Shown in pieces: positions 1-11,928 of a DNA stretch of 64,000 bases (positions are counted from its first letter, which is position 1; each line of letters starts with the position of its first letter). The translations under genes and the position numbers were made by a program. Origin of the DNA: Macrostomum lignano (lineage: Eukaryota); assembly GCA_002269645.1 (NCBI GenBank), contig NIVC01000899.1:53125-117124 (forward strand), given 5' to 3'. Below the pieces are notes generated by a model, which did not search any database, was not told where the DNA came from, and saw only the letters and a program-made list of their open reading frames with translations.

Positions 1-130
1 TCATGACTTGCTGCCTGCGAATGCTTGCAAGGCCCCACTGTCGGTCCGTCCAGACGGAATCGACGCAAGCTAAAGGTCAATTCATGTAATCGGGCCTTTT
101 CACGCAGCGCTCTTTGAACTTTGATTTCAG

Positions 131-3100
131 GTGTCGGCTTCTGCGCCAATATAATGGCTTTCTGGCTCAACGTGTATTATATTGTCATTGTGGCCTACGC
201 GCTTTATTATCTTGGCAACAGTTTCACCATGGGCGAATTGCCCTGGAAGAAGTGCAACGAAAGCTGGAATACGCACTGCTGCATGTCCACTTTCGCCAAC
301 AATACGGGCTTCAACTGCACCATGGTCAACATCTCCTACTCCGCCACGAATTTCACCCGCGGTCTGCTGCCGACCACCCTGATCCCATCCGGCTACAATG
401 ACAGCTGGGGCCCAATCTCCGTGATTGGGACAACCAGCGAGATGGAGCAGTGCCAGCTGTGCGGCAAGGACAGCTGGAACTCGCCGGTGGCCGAATTTTG
501 GGAGTGAGTTGCTTTTTCAATCTGTTTTGTACTCGTATGATGCCTGTGCACTGTGGGCTACTCAGGCGGATGGAGGCATGGGCCCATGCCTGAACGGGTC
601 CAGAAGTATTGAGCCATTTTATTAATTTCAACCTCTCCAGACGCCAAGCGCTGAGCATGTCCACCGACATTGGAGAGGCCGGAGGGCTGCGCTGGCAGCT
701 GGTGCTGACGCTGGGCATCGCTTGGATCGTCTGCTACTTCTGCATCTTCAAGGGCGTTCAGTGGACCGGAAAGGTTGTTAATTTGGTTGAGCTTGCTAGT
801 TGTGTGAGCGCTTTGCTGCGGGAAAAAAGGAAAATAGTTGAATGCTTTTCTGGAAGATATACTGGTTAATAGCTTTAGGATTGAGAATTTGAAATTCCTA
901 ATAATGACTTGGGCTGTGTAATCTTGTGGAACTCACGTCCAACAGCTGTCAGAATCCGCTTGGAACTGATTGCAGATAGTGTACGTCACAGCTCTGTTCC
1001 CGTACATGCTGCTCATCATCCTGCTGTTCCGGGGCATCACACTGGACGGAGCGAGCATTGGCATCGAGTACTACCTGAAGCCGAACTTTACCAAAATTCA
1101 GGAGTCAAAGGTGGTCTTTAATTTTTAACCAATAATAATTCCAGCAATGTTAAATTTTAAGTCAGTTATGTCAACAACAGTTAATCAAATCGAATGAAGC
1201 TGAACTTGAGTTTGCATTCCCACTCGCAGGTGTGGCTCCAGGCCGCCTCTCAGATATTCTTTTCCCTGGGCCTAGGCCTCGGCACGCACATAGCTCTTGG
1301 CAGTTACAACCCGCTAACCAACAACTGCTACAAGTGAGTGCCTGGCAATGCTCCGTTTTTCGTTGCATGCACCCAGGGTCTACCCTATTTGCTTATTCCG
1401 TCAATGCTTTTTATCAACTGCAACCACAAACTGTCTTCCGCAAAGGGATGATGAGTTGGCTCATTTGTCTCTGTGTCTCTCGTTCTCCTTTTTTGTATTT
1501 TTTTTCCATCAGGTGCTTTACACATGTAGCTTCAGGGTATAGTGTCAGGTAATCGCGTATTCTCTTTGAATATAGCCCCACTGTCCCGCTCTAACCCCCA
1601 CCCTCGTCTCTCCGCGCGTGAAGCCACGGAGAGGCGTCATAACTCACGGAGCCTCAGCGCAAGGCAAAGGTTCTCTATAGCTTAGACAGCTGAAGGGATT
1701 CAGTTCCCAGTTTATTCTGTTAGCTCCCGAGCCTCAGTGTCAACTAGCCATATCAGCTATGCCAGGTGTCTCATCCCGTCAGTAAGGGCTCACCGTTACT
1801 CGCTTCATTGCGCCCCAACCTGAGGCCTGGGGAAGAGTTCTCCGTTTCAGCACTGAAAAAGCCATAGGGAATTGTAAAAAAACGATTCCAAAAAAAATCC
1901 CTCTATCGCTCCACTGCAGAGATGCACTTTTGGTTGGCACCATCAACTCGTGTACCAGCATCTTTGCCGGTTTTGTCATCTTCTCAGTAATCGGATTCAT
2001 GGCCAAAGCGCAGAAGAAGAGTGTTAGCCAGGTGGCCGCGTCAGGTGAGGCTTTTGACGAGGGTAAAAATGCAGATTTTCAAACAGGAATTCAGCTCTAA
2101 AATAAAAGCCCAATGCAGCAAGGTGAGTAAATAAACTGCCAATAAGCTCTTCAAACCATTGAGCTTAAAAATAAATGCAGTTGAGGAGATGGAATAGAAA
2201 ATCGTAGGCGCTTCTCCAGGCGTAGAAGCTGCCGCCAGCTAGTCGGCTCTAGAATGCAGCACTTTTGCAATTATTCTTTTGTTCCAATTTCTCATAATCA
2301 TATGCAGTTTTGTAGTGGAAATATAACAAAACAGATGTTCGCAGATGAGTAGCTTGTTTAAATTACTCGCTGGTGTTATGCCAAAAACTACTTAACTACA
2401 GTAGCATAGTGCGATGTTTCTACATAACTTTTAGGTGAATGCCTCAACGATCTCGCAATATGATACACTATCATTTATTTGCATGGGAAATTCACTAAAA
2501 CATGATCATCACTCTCCAATCACTCTCGAATCACTTTGCAATCACTTTGCAATTACTTTGCAATCACTCTGCAATATCTCTGCAATTAATCCACAATCAC
2601 TCTACAATCACTCCACAATCACTCTGCAATTACCCCAAAATCACTCTACAATCACTCCACAATCACTCTGCAATTACTCCTCAATCACTCTGCAATTACG
2701 CCACAATCACTCTGAAATCACTCCACAATCACTCTGCAATCACTCCACAATCACTCTGCAATTACTCCTCAATCACTCTGCAATCACTCTGCAATCACTC
2801 CACAATCACTCTGCAATTACTCCTCAATCACTCTGCAATTACGCCACAATCACTCTGAAATCACTCCACAATCACTCTGCAATTACTCCTCAATCACTCT
2901 GCAATTACGCCACAATCACTCTGAAATCACTCCACAATCACTCTGCAATCACTCCACAATCACTCTGCAATTACTCCTCAATCACTCTGCAATCACTCTG
3001 CAATCACTCCACAATCACTCTGCAATTACTCCTCAATCACTCTGCAATCACTCTGCAATTACGCCACAATCACTCTGCAATTACCACACAATCACTCTAC

Positions 3101-5062
3101 AATCACTCCCCAATCACTCCGCAGGTCCGGGCCTGGCTTTCCTGGCGTATCCGTCCGCTATTTCTGAGCTGCCCGCAGCTCCGATCTGGGCTGTTCTGTT
3201 CTTTCTGATGGTCTTCTTTGTTGGCATTGACAGCCAGGCAAGTGACGGCCGTTATTTCAGGTGTTAATGTTTCTAGATCAAGATCATTTAACAACGGCGC
3301 AATGCTAAACAAATTGTAGTTCTGCACCGTCGAAGGCTTCATCACGGCGGTGGCAGACGAGTGGCCACTGCTGCGTGTGCACAGAAAAAAGTTTGTGCTC
3401 GTCCTCTGTATGGTCTCCTTCGTTATCGGCCTGTCCATGGTCAGCACGGTGAGAAGAGCGTTAAATTTTCCACAAAGATGTTCAGAATTTTTAATCCTTT
3501 GAACTCTGAATCCCTCCATGACTTTTATGCAGTTACTTGAAGTAACTGATCCTTGAAAGGCCAGTTGACATTATTGCTAGTCGCTCAGCAGGTTAAGTAT
3601 TGCTCAAATCAATCTTGAGCAATCTTGGACCCTCGGAGCTAATTAGAGGAAATTTGAACGGAATTCAGTGTCAATACTCTACTCAACGTAGTTTGATGAG
3701 ACTTGCAACCATCAGATCAGCCTCGAACTCCTCAACCGCTGCTGCCGCAGGGAGGCGCCTACGTGTTCAACATGTTCGACAGCTACGCGGCCAGCGGCCC
3801 GGCCCTTCTGCTGCTCATCGGATTCGAGTGTATCGCTTTTGCCTGGTTCTTCGGTAAATTGTTCTGCTATACTTTTATCACTGCCCTCCGGACCTGTTGA
3901 TATATAGACAACGCTTAATCATACGGGCCAACCCCCGAGGGCCCAAGAGGGCCGCCAACCCCCGGTACACAACCTGAAAATCAGATTTGAGCGCGTCTGT
4001 GTACTCAAGAGTTACAAGCCCCATTTACAATGTTTATATTAAGTTAAGTAATGTATAAACGACCTTTTCAGGTATTTTCCGCCTCCGTGAGAAGATGAAG
4101 ATGGTGATTGGACATGCGCCGCCCATTATCTGGCAGATCTGTGTAACCGTCCTGTGCCCTCTGAGTTGCTTCGTGAGTGCAAGATTTGGTTCCTTACGTT
4201 TAAGTCGAATGATAGTACTTTCTAAAACTTGACCTTGCATTTGACCTTGAACTATACCTTCATGCAGGGCGTTTTGGCCTTTTCTGTGCTGGAGTTTAAG
4301 CCGCTGATCTATACGCGGTCCACGGCCCCACCTTACAAATACCCGGACTGGGCCCAAGCCCTGGGGGCCATGCTGGCCCTGTCGTCCGTGGTTGCCATAC
4401 CCATCTACGCCATCTATTATGCCATTCGGACGCTCTGCTTCACCGACAATAAGCACAATCTGCCACTGTCTAAGGTGAGCTTGACTGAGCACACTCAGAG
4501 AGGTTGCATAAACTGGTAATTGCTCGGATTTCGTCCTTAAAAGTTTCATTAAGAAGGTTTAAATTGCAATTGGAGTCGTCCATAGTCCTTGTTACTAGAT
4601 ACTTGTCCGCTTGTGCTTTTTCTATTGGTTTTAAGTCGTAAAGTACTTCTCAAAGACACATCATGTTGAGCATTCTGTTTGGGTATGTATTTTTAATGTT
4701 CAAAAAATGATGCTTGTTGCTACCTACTAAGTGGCAAAATATTTATTTGTTACATCCGCATTTCGCTGCTGCATTGCAGCACTAAAAAAGTGTTTAAATT
4801 GCTTTGTTACAAGTCAAGTGTCAAGACAAAACAGAAACTCGTCTCAGTAATAAATTATTTCTATCTTGTAAGGTAGTTAAATCAGTAAACTATTTGAATT
4901 GCTTCTGTCCATGGTATTTGACTTCCTCCCCATTGACCTCACAACTCACTTGCATTTGGTCACACGCAGCGCATCAAGGACATGTTTCGCAAGGACATCC
5001 CTGAGATTGACGGGGCGCCGAACCCGCAACTGCAGATGAACCCTATGGCAGCCAGCCTGTGA
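131..5062 (+). CDS. SLC6A1: Sodium/chloride-dependent GABA transporter (SLC6, GAT-1-like); 5' end lies upstream of the window; 11 exons seen
   Basis: Phase-consistent exons 131-503, 641-773, 976-1110, 1230-1333, 1920-2044, 3125-3237, 3320-3448, 3751-3853, 4072-4172, 4268-4474, 4970-5062 (TGA 5060-5062). SLC6 motifs LPWxx[62 protein letters not shown] closely matches GAT-1. Orthology is by motif recall only. Confidence 0.9.
2500..3120. repeat. Intronic minisatellite of 11-bp units (caatcactctg / caatcactcca / caattactcct variants)
   Basis: Visible tandem periodicity inside SLC6 intron 2045-3124. It explains the repetitive ORFs 2435-3208 and 2502-2858. Confidence 0.92.
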
Positions 5063-6139
5063 GCATCGGGGTCTACTCATAACAGACGCAGCGCCTTCAT
5101 TTCGAGGGCAGCTCGCCGACTTTGAACCGGAACTGAACCATTCGGATGAGATTAAATTGCTATTCGGAGACTTAAAAGACTTCTGAAAAAAATTTACGAA
5201 CCACACTCATTGTGACGGCAATATATTCATTTTCAAACCTCATTTTGTTTCTTTTCCTATTAAACCTTATTTAACCCTTGACTCGCTGTTTGAGCAAAAC
5301 CATCGGCAAGTCTTATCTGCCACCTGGCAATAACTAGCAGCTTTGAGTTCTGTAAATAGGTTTTAATTTTTTTACCTTTTCTGGACGCGATGTTTATTCA
5401 CTATTTTAGCACGACCATTTTCATAGAGCACCACAATGAACTATAGATTTTCTATGTGATCCGCATTGTTTATCGGAATATTGGGACATCTTTGCCTCTG
5501 ATCTTTTAAACTCTTCAGGCAAGGTTGTCCTCCTAAGTAGTAAAAGTTAGTATTTTTCAATACTTTAGCCTGTATTCGCTATCTCTCTTATTTATAAACT
5601 TTCCTCATTTTTATTTTCTGAATCGCTGCTTAGTTTTGCCTCGCGCACGATGCATATTTTGTCAGAACACTTTTATAGTCATATACGGAAGAATTTATAT
5701 TAGATAGCATTCGATTTTTTAAAAAGAATCGCTACATTTTAATCGTGAGTCTTGACTAGCACGCATATGCTTAAGCATATCGCAGAGCAGATATTTTATT
5801 TAGCTAATCCTATCGTTATTAATAAACAGACGGCAGTTATCATACTATTATAGTGCTACAATAATTTAGCAGCCCCAGAGTCGTAAAACATCTCTAAGAA
5901 AATGTTCCTTCTGTTTTTTTTCCAGCAAGTGCCAACTACTAACTAAGTAGTATGATGCACTAGTTGATTTCACTTCCATGCACTAGATGTGAGAGTAAAC
6001 AGTTTTTAGTGGCAAAAGCAAACAACAGCATGTTGTTTAAGATTATGCGTAGAGGGTCGTGAGAAAAAGCTAAACGTTTTGACTAATTTTATAATATTTA
6101 CGACACAGTGTCTTCGAATGAACTACTGTACAAAAAAAT

Positions 6140-6440
6140 TGCAAGAAGCTGTGGACACTTTGGCGCAACGCCTTCGGCAGTTCTGCCCATTCCGCTGGCT
6201 CCTGAGCATACAAGCGCGCCAATACTGTACTCAGGCACGCACTCATGCACACGCTCACACAGGGTGTACATCGGCCCTGACTGTCTAATCGTCAAGCATG
6301 TACACTCTCTGTGCCTTGCCTAGGAGATTGGTCCTGATGGATGTGAATCTAACGACAAATTCTGGCCAATTCCCACGCAAGCCTTGAATGAATGCGTACA
6401 GAATCGATCCAGAGGTCCGAGTCAGATCGCTGAGCTACTG
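6140..6440 (-). mobile_element. tRNA-derived SINE copy
   Basis: Reverse strand begins cagtagctcagcga (A-box-like) ... ggatcgattct (B-box-like). The body ggcacagagagtgtacatgcttgacgattagacagtcagggccgatgtacac is shared with copies at 34.6, 35.0, 46.0, 47.6 and 48.9 kb. Confidence 0.7.
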
Positions 6441-6442
6441 TT

Positions 6443-6695
6443 GTATTTCCTAAGTACACACGTTAACACTCGAATGACTCACTGAAGCGGGGAGTATTTC
6501 CTAAGTACACACGTTAACACTCGAATGACTCACTGAAGCGGGGAGTATTTCCTAAGTACACACGTTAACACTCGAATGACTCACTGAAGCGGGGAGTATT
6601 TCCTAAGTACAGACGTTAACACTCGAATGACTCACTGAAGCGCGGAGTATTTCCTAAGTACACGCGTTAACACTCGAATGACTCACTGAAGCGAG
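6443..6695. repeat. 51-bp tandem repeat, about 5 copies
   Basis: Unit gtatttcctaagtacacacgttaacactcgaatgactcactgaagcgggga starts at 6443, 6494 and 6545 onward. No spacers between units. Confidence 0.95.
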
Positions 6696-7320
6696 GAAAA
6701 CTTGCCACCGATTCAGACAGATGTTTTCAGCTTTCACTATGTTGGAAAAAGCTTACAAGTTGACCGGAAAAAAAGCAATTGTTTTTCTTCGGAAAAAATA
6801 CACGAGGTAACGCAATGCGAGCACATACTACTTAAGCCAACCCCAATAGGCCCTGGACACGCAAACAGACCGTGTTGGGGCCACGAGTTTCCAGGTCTCT
6901 CAGTGCGCATGGCCCGATCAGTCCGTTTTTCCCTGCCCTACCCGACAATGCCTGGCTCTATTATTTGGTGCTCTTTCTGTTTCTTGATAAACAATCAAGC
7001 TTGGCTGGAAGGCCCTCAAAACCAACTAAGAACTGGCTGTGTTGCCGTGTATCTTGGAGCTATTTTTGGCGAACACGATCTCGTGAGAGAGATGCTGAGC
7101 GGAGAGAAAACGGAGTGAGGGCTGTTTGGGGTCATTCGGAGAGAATCTTAAGCACATGACTGTCTTCTTTCTCTCCTCTGTCTCAGCTGCTCAGCTGCTT
7201 TTCTCAACCATAATAGTGACCGATTGCGTAAAGAGTAGACAGTACCTGCAGGAGCAGAGAGGGCCCGAATGTTCTGTTTTGGACTTTTTAGCAGTAAAAA
7301 AACTGGAAAGACTGTCAGAG

Positions 7321-8223
7321 ATGTCAGAGAGAAGCGTCAGTCTCGAGCTGCTTGCGGTTGATGGACGGCGGTTTCGCTGCCGGCCCGACCCAAGGCACTT
7401 CGCTCCAGTTCAAGGCCGGTTCGGGCGCATCTTCAGAGTGCGCATCAGCGCAGCCGAGACTAGCGAAAGCACCGCAGACGAGACGGCGGCAGTTTACTGC
7501 GCGGACAAGGCCGGCAGGAAGCTGCTTAGCTGCTTCAGCATCCTAGCGCAGTTGAAGCACGATAACATTGTGCGCCTCATCGCAGCTGCCAGGGACGCTG
7601 ACAGCGCCGCCTCGGTGTGCGTCCTCATGGAGTGGGTGGGCGCTGGCAGTCTACGCGACCTCATTGACCGAAGCGGCTGTCTGACAGAACCCTTGATTGG
7701 AGCGTACGCAAAACAGGTTTGTTTTATTCGTACATAGTCATTTAATTTAACTAATTTACATTGTTACATAACAATTAAAAACAAATTGACTTCGCAAACT
7801 GCAACATGGTCTCACTATCGGATGAGCTCTTGTCAATATCTGCTTTCTCTCTGTAAACTCTGATCCCGAAAAGGCATTGTAAAAATTTACTTCAATGCGC
7901 AGATCGGATCGGCCTTGAATTACCTGCACAGCCGCAGCATTCTGCACCGCAATGTGAAATGCCGGTCCGCACTGATCACGGAATCTGGCCATACTAAACT
8001 GGCCGGCTTCACCGCCTGCTGCCTCCTTGAAGAGGACGACCCTGACGCGTCGCTAGATGTCCGTCAGTTTGGCTGCTTTCTGGTCGAGATGGCTACCGGT
8101 AGGACCGGCTGCAAGGAGGCACCGGAATCTTCGACGAACCAGCTGCGCAGTCTGTGCGAAGCGTGCGCAGAGCAGCAGCGGCCTCGCATGGAGCAGCTGT
8201 TGCAGCTCGAATTTTTCCAGTGA
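7321..8223 (+). CDS. Pseudokinase domain 1 (STE11/MAP3K-like fold); either a stand-alone gene or the first module of a fusion
   Basis: Exons 7321-7716 and 7903-8219 (or 8223 if unspliced). QGRFGRIF, LKHDNIVRL, LMEWVGAGSL, YAKQ|IGSALNYLH. HRN replaces HRD, KLAGF replaces the DFG region, no VAxK lysine, no APE. The frame is open back to 7126, so the start codon is uncertain. Confidence 0.8.
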
Positions 8224-8568
8224 GTCCTCGCTATTGCCTGAGTCTGGTAATAAAAGCTTAGAAATATCAGAATTGAGAGTGGCGTTTAGAATGGAAAACA
8301 TGGAAAGCAAGGTCTTGGTTGAAAAAATACAGAAAAATGTTTTAACCAATGTTCGACAATGTCAAGTCGATTCTATTCTAAGAAAGTATGAGCTATGAGC
8401 TATAAATATGAGCTAGAAAGTATGAGCTATAAATTAGATTGTCTAAAAAAGAACAAACACATAGACATGAACAAATGGATTTCCTCTTCTAAAAAATTAC
8501 TGAACAATCATTTCCTGTTAAAGTAATGCCATAATAATGCTTGTTTCCGCCGCTGTTGTAACAAACAG

Positions 8569-11500
8569 AACGATGCAGTCGCTTAAGCCTCTGCTGTCGC
8601 CGTCGCCTCCGACGCCGACGCAAGCCCTCAGACCGGTGAAATCTGATCGCTGCCTCCTGGGCGGCCGAGCTGAAGTAGGTGCCAGCGCACCCGAGGTCCT
8701 CCTGCCACAGCGCCGGCTTGGAGAGAGCGACGCCACCGAGGAGCTGGACGATGATGACGAGGCCGGAGCCCGCGGTCTGGACAAGTACCGGCAGACAGAC
8801 GACGAGGATGAGGATTATTTCGAGCTGGAAGGGACGGATTTTGAAGAATTAATCGAAGAGGACGAAAATGAACAAGATGAGGAGGATGCGCAGGCCTGTC
8901 AAATTGATCGAGAACGCCTGCTGGGCCGCGGCCGGTTCGGCTCTGTATTCCGCGCTGACCTGCACGGAATGCCGGCCGCTGCGTACAGAACAACGCCCGG
9001 ATGTCCAGAGGAGACGCTAAAACAGTTTCGGGCAAGCTGTCTTATTCTTGGCAAACTGAGGCACGACTGCATTGTTCGACTCGTGAAAGTGCTGAGCGAC
9101 AGCTCCGGCTGTCTGACAGTCCTCACGGAGCTAGTTGAAGGCCGCAATCTGCGCTCCATTCTGACTCAGCGAAAGGCCGGATTTAGAGAAGGCGACCTCC
9201 GATCCTACTGCCGACAGGTATCAACCATATACTAAAAATGGTCTGTCGGTAGGTAGGTATGTAGGTATGTGTGTGATCGGTTTTAGCAAAAATGGCTCAA
9301 CCGATTTTCTTCGAACTTGCACTGTTCGATCAGAAATTTTTCCGTGACGGTACCAAGGACTACTTAACAACTCCTTGTTAAGTACTGTAGTCCTTGGACG
9401 GTACATGCATCGTAACTAAGAAATTTCTCGATGCTAAAAGGATTAAATATTCGAAAAACATGCTTTTTTGCAAAGGTCAAGCAGCTCTTTCGACTTGAAA
9501 TGCATTGTAAGAATGCTAGAGAAAAAAACTGACTGGTTGAATTCTGATTCTGAAATGGATTGCATCACAATTGGCTTTTTATTTATCGTCTGTGTAGTGG
9601 CTGAATTTTGAGACTGAATTGAACTGCGTCACAGTATTGAAAATGCAGTGTGGAAGCATAGCACAATTCTTGATTTATATTGCGTAACCATATTGCTAAC
9701 TTTAATACTGGTACTGACTTGCCTAAGAAATTGATTATGTCATTACTGCTTCGTGTGACTGAGTGTTGAATTATAAGTGCTACAAATAGATATACTAATT
9801 AATTTATAAATTCGATGAGAGCTAACCTAGATGTGACCACACTGGACGGCTAATGCAGCGACCTGAGTTCGAATCTTAGTAGTGTAAAAATAAAAGTAGC
9901 ATATTTTTTTTATTTAAAGCTTTTATTAAAGGGCTAATTAAAAAGACCTGGATTATGGCGCTTGATACACCAAGGATTATTGCACTTGATAAACCAAGGA
10001 TTACTGCACTTGATAAGCCAATGATTACTGCACTTGATAAACCAAGGATCACTGCACTTGATAAGCCAAGGATCACTGCACTTGATAAGCCAATGATTAC
10101 TGCACTTGATAAACCAAGGATTATTTCACTTGATAAACCAAGGATCACTGCGCTTGATAAACGAAGGATTATTGCACTTGATAAGCTAAGGATTATTGCA
10201 CTTGATAAACCAATGATTATTGCACTTGATAAGCCAAAAATTATTGCACTTGATAAGCCACGAATTATTGCACTTGATAAACCACGGATTATTGCACTAG
10301 ATTAGAAAGGGCTATTGTACTAGCCGAGACATTGATTTTTGGACTTGTTGAGTAAATGATTATTGCACTAGATGAGAAAATGATTATTTCACTGGCTTAG
10401 AAGCTGATTATTGCGCTGTCTAAAAAAGAGATTATTGCGCTAGCTGAGACGTGGATTGTTGCACAACCTGAGAAAGCGATTATTGCATTAGCAGAGGTAA
10501 CATTTGCACTAGCTACTTGCTGTCTGGTGGATGCTTGCTCTCGAGGGGGGGGGTACCTGCTAATTGAGAGAGGGGGGGGGGTACTGGCTACATGTATGGT
10601 ATTTTTTCTATCCAGGGATGCTTGCTATTCAGGGATTCTTGCTATCTGCAGGATGCTTGCTATCTGGGGTGATGCTTGCTATATGGGTGGATGCTTGCTA
10701 TCTGCGGTTGCTTACTTTTGGAGGGGGTGCTTGCTATCTGCGGTTGCTTACTTTTGGAGGGGGTGCTTGCTATCTGCGGTTGCTTACTTTTGGAGGGGGT
10801 GCTTGCTATCTGCGGTTGCTTACTTTTGGAGGGGGTTTCTTGCTATCTGCGGTTGCCTACTTTTGGAGGGGGGTGCTTGCTATCTGCGGTTGCTTACTTT
10901 TGGAGGGATGCTTGCTATCTGGGGGATGCTTGCTGTCTTGGGAATATTTTCTATTTAGGGGGAACGTCTGTTATCTTTGTGAAAGCTATATTTTGCTGTC
11001 GATTTATTAATTTTAGAAAAAAAGAGATTCATAGCAAATATCATTGTCCGTGACTATTTTACATGAATAAGGTGATTTTTAAAAGTGAAGAAGGTATTGG
11101 TTTTAATGCTTTTTAAATTTTCTATGAACTATTTGACTCCTTGCTTATTGGGCGCCCGATTGGGGCCGCACTAGATTGCTAGTCAGTTAACTAATCGTTT
11201 TAATTAGACTTTCGGTGTGTTTCATAACTCCGCTCTTACCCACTCACCAAGCCTGCCACATCAGCAGTTTAAAAGCGTTGACTTTCGTCACGAATACACG
11301 AATTACTGGGTTTTTTAACTTCCAAAAATCCCGTTTTACATGACAACTTAAACTAAATTGATATTCCAGATAGCATCAGCTTTGCTATATCTTCACGAAC
11401 AACGCCCTGCTTTGGTGCATCGCAACGTGAAATGCAAGAGCGTTCTGCTACAGCCGAACAGCAGTCTGAAGTTGGTCGGCTTCTCGCTATGCATGCGCCA

Positions 11501-11828
11501 GCAGCGAACGGCTCGTCCGCGCGAATGGGGCTCGCCGTGCTACCTAGCGCCAGAAGTTCTGCACTCTGCAGGAGCAGAATTCACTACCAAATCCGATGTG
11601 TGGGCTTTCGGCTGTCTGGTGTTTGAGTTGGCCACTGGGCGGCCGCCGAACGCGGAGCAGAGCCGCAATTTTGACCGTCTGCACGCCAGCATCTGTGTTG
11701 GCTCAATGCCGAGCCTGCCGATCGATAGCTCAGCGGCTCTTGGCGAGCTTTATCGGCTGTGCACGCAGCGCAGGCGTAAACGACGACCCGGAGTTCAACA
11801 CCTGCTAGCGCTGCCATTTTTTCAGTGA
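8569..11828 (+). CDS. Acidic linker plus pseudokinase domain 2 (STE11/MAP3K-like fold)
   Basis: Exons 8569-9217 (acceptor aacag at 8568; alternative 8524; in-frame ATG 8573) and 11370-11824 (or 11828). LGRGRFGSVF, LRHDCIVRL, YCRQ|IASALLYLH, HRNVKCKS, KLVGF, GSPCYLAPEV, SDVWAFGCLVFELATG. Catalytic Asp, DFG Asp and beta3 Lys are absent. Confidence 0.82.
9950..10302. repeat. 24-bp minisatellite (ggattattgcacttgataaaccaa)
   Basis: Tandem units inside intron 9218-11369. The ALDKPRII ORF is a by-product. Confidence 0.92.
10620..10935. repeat. 36-bp minisatellite (tgcttgctatctgcggttgcttacttttggaggggg) with degenerate flanks
   Basis: Tandem units in the same intron. Three overlapping repetitive ORFs are by-products. 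Confidence 0.88.
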
Positions 11829-11928
11829 GCAGCTATAGCATGAGTTTTTCACCTTTATCTTTTAAGCTATATGAACAGTAGGACCTCCGAATAAATGATA
11901 TTAAAATGCCCCGCCAAAACCTCAGCAG

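Noticed and set aside
6443-6695. CRISPR-like appearance of this and the other regular arrays
   Set aside because: Units are contiguous with no unique spacers, there are no cas genes, and the context is eukaryotic.
7040-7118. Ankyrin-like peptide YLGAIFGEHDLVREML upstream of pseudokinase 1
   Set aside because: It is a single weak repeat, and its donor phase does not match the acceptors at 7186 or 7194.
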